Source: Patescibacteria group bacterium
GTDB lineage: Bacteria; Patescibacteriota; Patescibacteriia; UBA1558; GWA2-36-10
DNA: 53,567 nt
Direction of reading: 5' to 3'
Assembly: GCA_018062885.1 (NCBI GenBank)
Contig: JAGORJ010000002.1
Location: 1-53,567, forward strand
Positions 21,514 to 30,186 of this stretch are shown here, in pieces; the first letter of the stretch is position 1; each line of letters begins with the position of its first letter. Made by a program: the position numbers and the translations under genes. The notes under the pieces were generated by a model. It had not been told where the DNA came from, made no database searches, and worked only from the letters and a program-made list of their open reading frames with translations.

Positions 21514-22086
21514 TTATTTTGATAAAAATTTTAAAATTGTTTTTACCTTGTCACCTAGCTCACCTTCCAAAGTACTTGCTTGGATAGCTTCTCGAATTTC
21601 TTTTTCCCTGTAGCCCAAGGATAGCAGCGCTTCTACAACTTGTTTGTCACCAACGAAATTTTCTTCTGATGAAGCACCATTAAAATCATCAATGATTTTT
21701 TCTTTAAGCTCCAAGACCAGACGCTCAGAAGTTTTTTTACCGATGCCAGACACTTGTTGCAAGATACTCGGATCTCCGGAAGTGATCGCTTTTTTTAGCT
21801 CAGTCAGTGGTGCTAAGGAAATAATATTTGAAGCACTCTTTGGCCCCACACCAGAAACAGAAAGTAGTTGCTGAAAAAAGTCTAGTTGCTCAGACTTAAA
21901 AAAACCATATAAGTCCAAAATATCTTCTTTGACTTGAGTGTGAATAAAAAGTTCTAGGTCTTGGTTTATTTTTAAGCTTTCTAAATCTTTGCTGCTCAAA
22001 AAAACTTGATAGCCTATTTGATTAACTAACAAAATTATACTCTTGGGATTTTTTTTAAAAACTTTGCCGGTCAAGTAAGCAATCAT
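21514..22086 (-). CDS. ruvA: Holliday junction DNA helicase subunit RuvA
   Basis: 190 aa. MIAYLTGKV start, two HhH motifs (VSGVGPKSA, VSGIGKKTSERL), C-terminal domain III. Confidence 0.9.
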   Translation of the reverse strand: MIAYLTGKVFKKNPKSIILLVNQIGYQVFLSSKDLESLKINQDLELFIHTQVKEDILDLYGFFKSEQLDFFQQLLSVSGVGPKSASNIISLAPLTELKKAITSGDPSILQQVSGIGKKTSERLVLELKEKIIDDFNGASSEENFVGDKQVVEALLSLGYREKEIREAIQASTLEGELGDKVKTILKFLSK

Positions 22087-22122
22087 AAGATAATAATAAC
22101 ATTTTTATTGATTAAAACAATT

Positions 22123-23217
22123 TTATTGCTTAATCGGCATGATCAAATATAAATAATCATCGTGCTTGTCTGGTGTCAAAAGTCCAGGAGTAGAGTTGTT
22201 GTTTATTTTCAAACAAAGATCTTGCACGCCCAAATTTAGTAAGCCATCCAAGAGATAACGATAATTAAAAACAATGTCATTTTCTTCGCCAGTAATTTCT
22301 GCCGGCACACTAATAATATTTTCACCCAAACCTGATGAGGCAGCGGCTACTACGATTTCGTTATTAGCAAAGCTCAAGCGAACATCGTTGATACCTTGCT
22401 TGCAAAATAAGGCAGCTGATTTGATCGCTGGAATAAGTTTATCTTTGGCACATTTAGCGCTGGTGATAAATTTTTCTGGAATGATTTGTTTGTAGTCAGG
22501 ATAAGCACCATCAATCACTCGTGAAATAAGTTCTACTCCATCAAAGACAAACATGATTTGATTTTCATTGAAATATAATTTTATAGTTTGTTTTTCTTGG
22601 TCGCTTAAAATTCTCACTAGCTCTTGAATAGTTTTTAAAGGCACGATCAAGGATTTTTCTTGCTCGTTACTTATTTTTAGTTTTTTCTCTGCTAAGCGAT
22701 AGCTGTCAGTAGCTACTAAAACTAATTCGTCTTTAAAAAAATTAAAGTTAACCGCATTGATCTCCAAACGAGAACTGTCCAGGGAAGCTGCAAAAATTAG
22801 TTGACTCAAAGCTCTTTTGAATTCAAGTACGTTAATTTCCACTTCATTTTCTTTTTCTATATCAGGTATAAGTGGAAAGTCTTCTGCATCCACACCTTTG
22901 ACACTTGTCTTTTGCCTTTGGCTCTTGATGAGAATTGCATTGTCTTCTAATTCCAAATCAATATTCTCTCTTGGCAATAAGGCAATAAAATCATTTAACA
23001 GTTTAGCACCAACTGTAAACTCACCTTCTTCGTCTACTTTAGCTCTCACAAAAACTTTAATACCAATTTCCAAATCAGTCGTTGTCAAAATTAAACCATT
23101 CTTATTTGCTTTGATATGAACATTGTTAAGAATTGGAAGATTATTATTTTTATTTGCTATATGGGAAACAATGCCTAAACCTTTGTTTAAATTTTCTTGT
23201 GTACAGCTCAGCTTCAT
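22123..23217 (-). CDS. dnaN: DNA polymerase III beta sliding clamp
   Basis: 364 aa. Three-domain clamp pattern (ATDSYRLA, DGAYPDY, MPI..). Directly downstream of dnaA. Confidence 0.93.
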   Translation of the reverse strand: MKLSCTQENLNKGLGIVSHIANKNNNLPILNNVHIKANKNGLILTTTDLEIGIKVFVRAKVDEEGEFTVGAKLLNDFIALLPRENIDLELEDNAILIKSQRQKTSVKGVDAEDFPLIPDIEKENEVEINVLEFKRALSQLIFAASLDSSRLEINAVNFNFFKDELVLVATDSYRLAEKKLKISNEQEKSLIVPLKTIQELVRILSDQEKQTIKLYFNENQIMFVFDGVELISRVIDGAYPDYKQIIPEKFITSAKCAKDKLIPAIKSAALFCKQGINDVRLSFANNEIVVAAASSGLGENIISVPAEITGEENDIVFNYRYLLDGLLNLGVQDLCLKINNNSTPGLLTPDKHDDYLYLIMPIKQ

Positions 23218-23470
23218 ATAATTATATTAATAATTTATAAAATAATAGTAGTAATAAGCGCTGTTGATATGTTGATAAGATGCTTATTTTTTGAAGATTG
23301 ATTGGCGTTTTTAAAATAAAATCGATTTTTTTGACAGTGGACAAACTATTGATTAGCTATGAAAGAAAAACTTGTCTTGTGTACAAATAGCTGAAAAATT
23401 ATTTTTTAGTGTTTTTGTGCACAGATTAAGCAAGATTCAATTCATAATTTATTCACAGCTTATACAGTCA
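23218..23470. promoter_or_regulatory. Candidate oriC module in the dnaA-dnaN spacer (degenerate DnaA boxes, AT-rich)
   Basis: TGTTGATAA at 23270-23278 and TTATTCACA at 23449-23457 (one mismatch each), plus several two-mismatch boxes. Very AT-rich 253-bp spacer. Confidence 0.55.
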
Positions 23471-24850
23471 CTATTGATAGACTTTTTGCTTCAAAACTTC
23501 GACGTCATTTTTGAGTTTAGCATCAACTTTGATGATCTCGGTGATTTTGAGACAAGCATGCATGGCAGTGGTGTGATCTCTACCACCTAGGCTTTGGCCA
23601 ATATTTGGATAAGAGGATTTAAGCTCTTCCCTCATTAAGAACATACTGATTTGGCGGGGTACAACCAGCTCTTTTTTGCGGCTAGCACCCAGTAAATCGG
23701 CCATAGAGATGCCATAAAACTCAGAAACCACCACTAATAAGCGCTTGGTGGTCAAGCCAGCCTTTTTAGGATTAGCAGAAATACCCCCTAAAATAGAGCG
23801 CACACTCTCAAGTGAGGGCTTAGTGTTATTTAGTTGGTGAAAGGCCATGATTCTGTTTAAGGCACCCTCAAGTTCACGGATATTTTCTTGGATGCTTTGG
23901 GCGATAAAGCTAATAACCTCTTTATTTAAATTATAGCCTTTTTCTTGGCATTTTATTTCCAAAATAGCCATTCTAGTCTCAAAATCAGGGAAGGAAATAT
24001 CAGCGATCATCCCCCATTCAAAGCGAGAAATAAGCCTGCTTTCCACCGCAGGGATGGCTTTTGGCGGTCTGTCTGAGGAAATGACGATTTGCTTGTTATT
24101 TTGATGAAGAGCGTTAAAAGTATGGAAAAACTCCTCTTGAGTCTGCTCTTTTCCAGTGATAAACTGAATGTCATCTATTAAAAGCACGTCTATATTGCGA
24201 TAATTTTGTTTAAATTCTTCAGTTCGGCCGTTTTTGATGGCATAAATAAAGTCATTGGTAAACTTCTCACTGTTGATATAAAGGATCTTTTTTGTGCTAT
24301 CTTTAGCTAAAATATAGTTACCAACAGCTTGTACTAGGTGAGTTTTTCCCAAACCAACACCACCATAAATAAACAAAGGGTTGTATAATTCCCCTGGTTT
24401 TTGGGCAGCGGCAATGGCAGCAGCTTGTGCTAGCTCATTACCAGGGCCCACAATAAAGCTCTGAAAGGTATATTTTGGGTTTAAACCAAACTTATTATTA
24501 GGTTTTTGGCTAGGAAACTTATTCACAGAGCTTTCCACAGGGCTTTCTTGATATTTTTCAGTTTCAACTACATTTTCGCTAATATTAGGCAAAACACTAT
24601 CCAAAGCCACCCTGTAGATAACTTGTAGATTACTTTTTGAAAAGACCTTTTCTAGGGCCTGAACAATATCTTTGTGGTATTTTTTCTCCAGCCAAACTTT
24701 GGTAAAGGCATTTGGCACACCAACCACCATTTCTGGCTCATTAAAGTCTAAAATAAAAGTATTTTTAAACCAAGTAGTAAAATTAGCCCTGCTTATCAAC
24801 AGTTCTAGTTCACCTAAAACACTTTGCCATTCTTTCTCGTAATTTTGCAT
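23471..24850 (-). CDS. dnaA: Chromosomal replication initiator DnaA
   Basis: 459 aa. Walker A GGVGLGKTHL, box VII, C-terminal DNA-binding signature LGGRDHTTAMHA. Confidence 0.97.
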   Translation of the reverse strand: MQNYEKEWQSVLGELELLISRANFTTWFKNTFILDFNEPEMVVGVPNAFTKVWLEKKYHKDIVQALEKVFSKSNLQVIYRVALDSVLPNISENVVETEKYQESPVESSVNKFPSQKPNNKFGLNPKYTFQSFIVGPGNELAQAAAIAAAQKPGELYNPLFIYGGVGLGKTHLVQAVGNYILAKDSTKKILYINSEKFTNDFIYAIKNGRTEEFKQNYRNIDVLLIDDIQFITGKEQTQEEFFHTFNALHQNNKQIVISSDRPPKAIPAVESRLISRFEWGMIADISFPDFETRMAILEIKCQEKGYNLNKEVISFIAQSIQENIRELEGALNRIMAFHQLNNTKPSLESVRSILGGISANPKKAGLTTKRLLVVVSEFYGISMADLLGASRKKELVVPRQISMFLMREELKSSYPNIGQSLGGRDHTTAMHACLKITEIIKVDAKLKNDVEVLKQKVYQ

Positions 24851-24949
24851 AATACTTGGCTTTTTTCCGCCAGCTGGCAGAGTATTTTTTAACTTCCTAA
24901 ATATACCATAGATTTAAAATTACCAAAACCCAAAGGAAAGTTAATAAGC

Positions 24950-24979
24950 TGTTGATAATTTGTGAGTATTTGTGGATAA
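24950..24979. promoter_or_regulatory. DnaA boxes upstream of dnaA (TGTTGATAA and perfect TGTGGATAA)
   Basis: Perfect reverse-complement consensus at 24971-24979. One-mismatch box at 24950-24958. Both lie in the dnaA/rpmH divergent spacer. Confidence 0.7.
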
Positions 24980-25061
24980 CTTAGGCTGTAATAAAAGCCT
25001 TGCCAAAACACAAAAAATATGTTATCTTTTGGAAGTTAAAATTAATCAGGAGAAATAGAAT

Positions 25062-25202
25062 ATGGCTACCAAAAGAACCTATCAACCAAAAACCAGAAAA
25101 AGAGCCAAATCACACGGCTTTAGAATTAAGATGTCCAGCAAAAGTGGCCGAGATGTTTTGAAAAGACGTCGTGCCAAAGGCAGGGTAAAGTTGAGTGTTT
25201 AA
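25062..25202 (+). CDS. rpmH: 50S ribosomal protein L34 (not in supplied ORF track)
   Basis: Manual translation [46 protein letters not shown] (46 aa). AGGAG RBS. Classical rpmH-rnpA arrangement. Confidence 0.9.
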   Translation: MATKRTYQPKTRKRAKSHGFRIKMSSKSGRDVLKRRRAKGRVKLSV

Positions 25203-25224
25203 TTTTTTTTGAAGTATTGTTTTT

Positions 25225-25596
25225 ATGTTAGCTAAAAACAATCGACTACACAAAGATAAAGAAATAAAGAGTTTGATTCATAAGGGTCAGACCTTTTTTT
25301 TGCCAGAATTTGTTATTAAATATCAAAGAAATCAAACAGAGAGCAAACGTTTTAGTTTTGTTATCTCTACCAAGGTTGATAAAAAAGCGGTGGTGCGCAA
25401 TCGTCTCAAAAGACAACTAAGAGAAGTAGCAAGACGCTTGCTACCGGATATAAATCCTGGTTTTGATATTTTGATTATTGCTAAAAAACAAGCTCTAGAT
25501 TTAGACTTTGAAAAATTAAGCAAACAAATAAGCTTTTCTTTAATAAAGGCTAGAATTTTAAAGCAAGTTTCACAAGACACAAAAACAAATAAATAA
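25225..25596 (+). CDS. rnpA: Ribonuclease P protein component
   Basis: 123 aa, basic. KKAVVRNRLKRQLRE (RNR motif). Follows rpmH. Confidence 0.85.
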   Translation: MLAKNNRLHKDKEIKSLIHKGQTFFLPEFVIKYQRNQTESKRFSFVISTKVDKKAVVRNRLKRQLREVARRLLPDINPGFDILIIAKKQALDLDFEKLSKQISFSLIKARILKQVSQDTKTNK

Positions 25597-25598
25597 TA

Positions 25599-25832
25599 AT
25601 GCGTTGGTTTTTATTAAAATTTATTAGACTTTATCAAAAAACTTTATCACCAGATAGTGGCTGGTTTTCTTATAAATACCCCGCCGGCTATTGCCAGTTT
25701 CGTCCGACTTGCTCAGAGTATTCTTATCAAGCCGTGGAAAAGTATGGAGCCCTAAAGGGCTCTTGCAAGTCTTTTGGGCGCATACTGCGTTGTCATCCTT
25801 GGGCAAAGGGTGGTGACGACCCTTTATTATAA
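25599..25832 (+). CDS. yidD: Membrane protein insertion efficiency factor YidD
   Basis: 77 aa. YQ..LSP.....C.F.PTCSEY and GGxDP motifs. Confidence 0.85.
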   Translation: MRWFLLKFIRLYQKTLSPDSGWFSYKYPAGYCQFRPTCSEYSYQAVEKYGALKGSCKSFGRILRCHPWAKGGDDPLL

Positions 25833-25882
25833 AGAGAAAGTTCGCTATAATGACAGGGCTTAATTAATAACTAAACAAAAAC

Positions 25883-26611
25883 ATGGGATTCTTTTTTACA
25901 GTTTTTTATCAGCCAATTTTTAATTTACTAGTATTTTTATACAATACAATTGCTTTTCAGGACATTGGTTTAGCCATTCTTTTCATTACTTTGATTGTGC
26001 GCTTGATTTTGTATCCCCTTTCCAAAAAAGCCATTAAATCCCAAAGAGATTTACAGACTATTCAGCCAGAGCTAGAAGAAATCAAAGAAAAATACAAAGA
26101 CAACAAAGAAAAAATGGGCCCAGAAATCATGGCCCTTTATAAAGAAAAAAAGATTAATCCTTTCGGATCTTGTTTGCCTTTATTAGTGCAGTTGCCATTT
26201 TTTATCGCTATTTACCGAGTGTTTTTTGACGAATTAAAAGGTGGCGCCATTTTAAATAGCTCTGCTTTATACCCTTTTGTGACTAACCCAGGCTCACTAG
26301 ACACTATTGCTTTTGGCTTTTTCAATTTTGCCGAAAAAAGCTTGCTACTAGCACTTTTGGCTGGCCTTGCTCAATTTTGGCAGGGTAAAATGATGATGAC
26401 TAAGTCCAAGAGCAATAACCCAGCGGCAGCGATCACCAACCAAATGATGTATATGATGCCGGTAGTTACCGTGCTTATCGGCGCTAGTTTTCCCGCTGGA
26501 CTGACATTCTATTGGCTTTTGACTACTCTATTTTCAGTAGCACAACAATATATTGTTTTGGGCTTTAAAAAAAGCAAAGTAGAAATAGTGGAAACAAAAA
26601 GTAACTCGTAA
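25883..26611 (+). CDS. yidC: Membrane protein insertase YidC (short form)
   Basis: 242 aa. TLIVRLILYPLS..., KEKKINPFGSCLPLLVQLPFFIA and GLTFYW motifs. Confidence 0.85.
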   Translation: MGFFFTVFYQPIFNLLVFLYNTIAFQDIGLAILFITLIVRLILYPLSKKAIKSQRDLQTIQPELEEIKEKYKDNKEKMGPEIMALYKEKKINPFGSCLPLLVQLPFFIAIYRVFFDELKGGAILNSSALYPFVTNPGSLDTIAFGFFNFAEKSLLLALLAGLAQFWQGKMMMTKSKSNNPAAAITNQMMYMMPVVTVLIGASFPAGLTFYWLLTTLFSVAQQYIVLGFKKSKVEIVETKSNS

Positions 26612-26612
26612 T

Positions 26613-26686
26613 AAAAAAAGAACTTACATACTTTTATTAAACGCGCTGCGGCGCTAAAAACATAAAAGCACGTAAGTTCTTTTTTA
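26613..26686. terminator. Bidirectional terminator between convergent yidC and the DAGK-like gene
   Basis: AGAACTTAC (26619-26627) pairs with GTAAGTTCT (26672-26680). An inner GCGC/GCGC hairpin is present. An A-run lies upstream and a T-run downstream. Confidence 0.55.
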
Positions 26687-26696
26687 TTTAGTGTTT

Positions 26697-27446
26697 TTAT
26701 TCAAATTGCCTATCAGAGCCAACGATGATTTTTAGTTTTCCCGGCACAACTTTTATTTCGGCTGGCGTTTTCATGATAATTTGCTCATCAGTAATGATAG
26801 AAACTTGATCCTCGGTTTTGCTAGTAATCTTTATTTTTTTAAATGGTAAAATAGTTTTTTTGATTTGTTTTTTGCCAAACAAAGTATTTTTTATTGGCGT
26901 CACTACTGCTTCTAACACGCCATCAATTGGGCGTGAGCGATATTGAGGGTCTTGTTCTTCAGAAAAATTGTAGATAGTAATTTTATTTTGCTCAGTAGTA
27001 GGGGTGATAGAAAAATTATCATACTCAATCTCGACATCACCGTTTAAGATTTCGGCGCTTTTGATAAAGTAGTGATTGTTAATTTTACCTAGGTCAATCT
27101 TTTTGATAATACGCGAGGCCAAAACATCACAGGCCATTACACCCGGTGGTATGCCGAGTATTTTAGCGATAGAGTTATCGTTTTCCACTGGGATCAAACC
27201 CAAAGTAACATCAAGATCAGCTACAATGTTTATAACTTTAGCAAAACTTTGATTATTACCGATTACCACCACTGTTTGCACACCATTGCGCACACCGTCT
27301 AAAATCATCTCCTTCATGTTTTTTAAAACAGACAATCTAGCAATCTTACCTTTGATGCCCAGGTCGGTGACGCGTTTTTCTATTTTGATCAATAAATCGG
27401 TATATTTTTTGTGACTCAAGAAAGAATCGTAAATATACAAGTACAT
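26697..27446 (-). CDS. Diacylglycerol-kinase-catalytic-domain-like protein (degenerate)
   Basis: 249 aa. Layout resembles the YegS/DAGK_cat fold, but the position of the GGDGT loop reads IGNNQS. Assignment is from general pattern only. Confidence 0.4.
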   Translation of the reverse strand: MYLYIYDSFLSHKKYTDLLIKIEKRVTDLGIKGKIARLSVLKNMKEMILDGVRNGVQTVVVIGNNQSFAKVINIVADLDVTLGLIPVENDNSIAKILGIPPGVMACDVLASRIIKKIDLGKINNHYFIKSAEILNGDVEIEYDNFSITPTTEQNKITIYNFSEEQDPQYRSRPIDGVLEAVVTPIKNTLFGKKQIKKTILPFKKIKITSKTEDQVSIITDEQIIMKTPAEIKVVPGKLKIIVGSDRQFE

Positions 27447-27455
27447 AAACTCTTT

Positions 27456-27905
27456 TTATTTGTTTTCCTCAGCCTCTTCTTCTAAATCATTTTCTTCAGA
27501 CTCCTCTTCAGCTTGAGTGTTATCTTTTGTTTTTAAATCTTCACTTTTGAGATTGCCCACGGGCATTTCTAGTTTTCCTTTGAGTAATGCGCCACTTTCA
27601 ATGGAAATAATTTGCGCTTTGATGTCACCCAAAATAATAGCGGTGCTAGTAATTTCTAGCTTGCCTTTAACAGTGATATTGCCTTTGATTTTGCCCGAGA
27701 TAAAGGCATTGTTAGCCTTAATTTCGGCTTCAACAATAGCATTTTGACCGATTTTGAGGTTATTTTTTGTCTGTAAGTTTCCGATTAAGATGCCTTCAAT
27801 GATCAAGTCACCTTCTCCTCGGAAGTCACCTTCTACTTTGACAGATGGTCCGATGATGGTTTCAATATTCTTTGAAGTACTAATGTCTTGATTTTTATTA
27901 AACAT
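27456..27905 (-). CDS. Bactofilin (polymer-forming cytoskeletal protein) with acidic C-terminal tail
   Basis: 149 aa. Repetitive beta-helix pattern (G.F.G.G.L.I.G...G.I......I...G.I.G.I). EE-rich tail. Confidence 0.85.
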   Translation of the reverse strand: MFNKNQDISTSKNIETIIGPSVKVEGDFRGEGDLIIEGILIGNLQTKNNLKIGQNAIVEAEIKANNAFISGKIKGNITVKGKLEITSTAIILGDIKAQIISIESGALLKGKLEMPVGNLKSEDLKTKDNTQAEEESEENDLEEEAEENK

Positions 27906-28174
27906 ATTTTATGTGGGTCAATTATAAGCCAGTTTATCTTAAGCCAAAATTTTAAAAAAGTCAAAGATTTTCAAGCCTAGTTTAGTGGACTTTTTTTTAG
28001 TTTTGTATTAAAATGAGCTAGCTATTTTTGCTAGCGTAAATAAAAAATAGCTGGCTGAAAAGACTGATTTTTTACATTTTACGACACTTTTATTTGGCTT
28101 ATATTAGTAATAATAAATAAAAAAACTTAAAATTTTTAGAAACTCTAAAAACAGCCAAATCGCTTATTTATAAT

Positions 28175-28249
28175 GACCTCATAGTTCAATGGATAGAACA
28201 AGGCTCTCCTAAGGCTTAAATCCAGGTTCGACTCCTGGTGGGGTCACCA
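28175..28249 (+). tRNA. tRNA-Arg (anticodon CCT), CCA encoded
   Basis: Manual cloverleaf: acceptor GACCTCA/TGGGGTC, D stem GTTC/GAAC, anticodon loop CTCCTAA, T arm CCAGG-TTCGACT-CCTGG, discriminator A, CCA. Confidence 0.9.
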
Positions 28250-28268
28250 GACTTATTTTAAATAAACT

Positions 28269-29231
28269 ATGTTATTTATCGTTTTAATTCTTTTACTGAT
28301 TTGCTCAGCTTGGTTTTCTGGTATGGAGATTGCCCTGTTTTCCCTCTCCTCTGCTAAAGTAAAATCTTTGAGCATGTCCAACAAGACTAATGCTCATGTT
28401 TTACAGAAAATTTTGCGCAACAAACATCGGCTATTAGCTTTGTTGTTATTAGGTAATAACTTAGTTAATGTTAGCGCTGCTTCTTTGGCAACAATTTTAG
28501 CTGTACAAAAATTTGGTTCAGCTGGCGCCGGTATTGCTACTGGTGTTTTGACCATTTTACTTTTGTTATTTGGTGAAATGTACCCCAAAGCCTTTTTTCA
28601 ACTACATGCAGAAAAGCTAGCTCTTTTGTTTGCTCCTTTGGTTTATTTTTTGCAGATACTTCTTTGGCCAATTTTGGTGATTTTGGAAAAAATGTTGAAA
28701 TTATTGACCGGAGGTAAGAGTGCTGAGGTGGTTTCAGAAAGAGAGTTTAGGGCTTTTAGTCGTTTGGCGGTTGAAAAAGGCGTGATTGATTTTGAAGAAC
28801 ATGAGATGATCATGAATGTTTTGTCTTTTGATAACAAAAGTGCCAAAGAAGTAATGCAACCTTTTTATAAGATTAAAGTTTTAAATAAAGAGGCGGCCGT
28901 TGATCAGGTGGCTTACTTTATGGCCAAGGAAGGCTGGAGCCGTTATCCTTTGTATAATAACAATAAAGATAACATTGTTGGCTATGTGCATGTGATTGAT
29001 ATTTTGCGAGCTTTAAACAGCAAAAAGCGTGATTTGTCCGTTGATGAATATTTACAAGACATTATTGAGGTTTCGCCAGACACTAAAATAGATAAGATTT
29101 TTGCTAAGATGAGGCAAAAAAAGATTCACATGGCGGTTGTCAAGCGAAAAGATGGGCAAACAGTGGGTATTTTGACCTTAGAGGATTTGTTAGAGGAACT
29201 TGTGGGTGAGATAGAGGATGAGAAAGACTAA
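28269..29231 (+). CDS. CNNM/DUF21 transmembrane domain plus CBS-pair protein (hemolysin-family, putative divalent-cation transporter)
   Basis: 320 aa. N-terminal 4-TM DUF21 pattern (SGMEIALFSLS) and a CBS pair (VMQP..., GILTLEDLLEELVGEI). No CorC_HlyC C-terminal domain. Confidence 0.8.
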   Translation: MLFIVLILLLICSAWFSGMEIALFSLSSAKVKSLSMSNKTNAHVLQKILRNKHRLLALLLLGNNLVNVSAASLATILAVQKFGSAGAGIATGVLTILLLLFGEMYPKAFFQLHAEKLALLFAPLVYFLQILLWPILVILEKMLKLLTGGKSAEVVSEREFRAFSRLAVEKGVIDFEEHEMIMNVLSFDNKSAKEVMQPFYKIKVLNKEAAVDQVAYFMAKEGWSRYPLYNNNKDNIVGYVHVIDILRALNSKKRDLSVDEYLQDIIEVSPDTKIDKIFAKMRQKKIHMAVVKRKDGQTVGILTLEDLLEELVGEIEDEKD

Positions 29232-29377
29232 AATTCCACGTGGCCTTAAAGGGTCTTTTTAAACTAATTTAAAAGAAAACAAGCTTAAAAAAAGCTTGTT
29301 TTTTGATCAAAATAAAACCCCCAAGCACAGTGACCTGTTCAAGGGGGGGGGTGAATTGCCATTAGTCCAACTCTTTG

Positions 29378-29719
29378 CTAGCTGCTTTGCAGTAGCGCAG
29401 GAAAATTGAGCGCTAGCCTAAAGATCAAGGCTAGACATAGCATCACGAGGACGCCACCGACAATTTTCAGCAAGACAGATTTTTCCAGTTCTGTTTTCTT
29501 GAGCCACCACCGATTTAGTTCGATGATTGCGCCCAAGAGCACAAAACCTACAGCTATTGCTCCTATGATGAGGTAGCTGTTTTCAGCTCGCGTCTGCCAA
29601 GTATCAGACTTTGACACCAGGTAGTTTCCGACCGGACGCCCGAAGTTCATGGCCAGCAAGATGATGCTTATGATGGCCTTCGTGGGGTTAAGGTTGAGTT
29701 TGTCTGCATTGTTAGCCAT
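29378..29719 (-). CDS. Hypothetical 3-TM membrane protein (GC-rich islet); start moved to the ATG at 29719
   Basis: The ORF track starts at a TTG (29752). The in-frame ATG at 29719 is preceded by GGAGG (29729-29725). A TTGACA-17-TATTAT promoter at 29790-29762 places the TSS near 29755. Confidence 0.5.
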   Translation of the reverse strand: MANNADKLNLNPTKAIISIILLAMNFGRPVGNYLVSKSDTWQTRAENSYLIIGAIAVGFVLLGAIIELNRWWLKKTELEKSVLLKIVGGVLVMLCLALIFRLALNFPALLQSS

Positions 29720-29761
29720 TATGGCCTCCAGCTTAGATTGTGAAATTTGCAAATTCTTATT

Positions 29762-29790
29762 ATAATAGCATGTTTCATATGTTTTGTCAA
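29762..29790 (-). promoter_or_regulatory. Sigma70-type promoter (TTGACA-17 nt-TATTAT) for the 29378-29719 gene
   Basis: The reverse complement of 29762-29790 reads TTGACAaaacatatgaaacatgcTATTAT. Confidence 0.6.
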
Positions 29791-29838
29791 GCCTTCGATT
29801 ACCTGCCTACCGGCAGGCAGGCGCTCAGGACAGCGCAT

Positions 29839-29867
29839 TTGACATTATTTTATAAATGATTTATAAT
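29839..29867 (+). promoter_or_regulatory. Consensus sigma70-type promoter (TTGACA-17 nt-TATAAT) of the csoR-like/trx operon
   Basis: TTGACA at 29839-29844, a 17-nt spacer, and TATAAT at 29862-29867. Confidence 0.75.
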
Positions 29868-29882
29868 ACCCCCATAGGGTAT
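29866..29882. promoter_or_regulatory. Candidate CsoR-family operator: ATACCC-N5-GGGTAT inverted repeat overlapping -10/TSS
   Basis: Perfect 6-bp arms read directly. C/G-tract palindromes of the form TACCC...GGGTA are the known operator type of CsoR-family repressors. Confidence 0.6.
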
Positions 29883-29891
29883 ATAAAAAAT

Positions 29892-30155
29892 ATGCAAACA
29901 CAAACTTGTGATCCACAAAAAATCTTGACTCGTCTACACAAAGTAGAGGGGCAAGTCAGGTCCATTGAAAAAATGTATCAAGAAAAAAGAGAAGTGGAAG
30001 AAATAGTAAGAGTGGTTTTGGCAGCGCGCGCTTCTTTGGGGGCGCTGACAAAAATGTTGATTAACGAAAAAGTTCATGGTTGTTTTGATGGCAAACAAAT
30101 TACCAACAAAAAAGATTTGGAAAAATTAGTAGACATTTTATTTGATGTTAATTAA
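29892..30155 (+). CDS. CsoR/RcnR/FrmR-family (DUF156) metal/thiol-sensing transcriptional repressor; start moved to 29892
   Basis: LTRLHKVEGQVRSIEKM...ARASLGAL...HGCF helical pattern. The track start at 29856 lies inside the promoter -10 region, so the ATG at 29892 (MQTQTCDP...) is preferred. Confidence 0.8.
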   Translation: MQTQTCDPQKILTRLHKVEGQVRSIEKMYQEKREVEEIVRVVLAARASLGALTKMLINEKVHGCFDGKQITNKKDLEKLVDILFDVN

Positions 30156-30186
30156 GAATTTTAAATAATAAATAAATAGTAAAATT

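Noticed and set aside
28169-28174. TATAAT hexamer directly abutting the 5' end of tRNA-Arg.
   Set aside because: It would place the TSS inside the mature tRNA, and there is no -35 partner at 17 nt. It is probably a chance match in AT-rich DNA.
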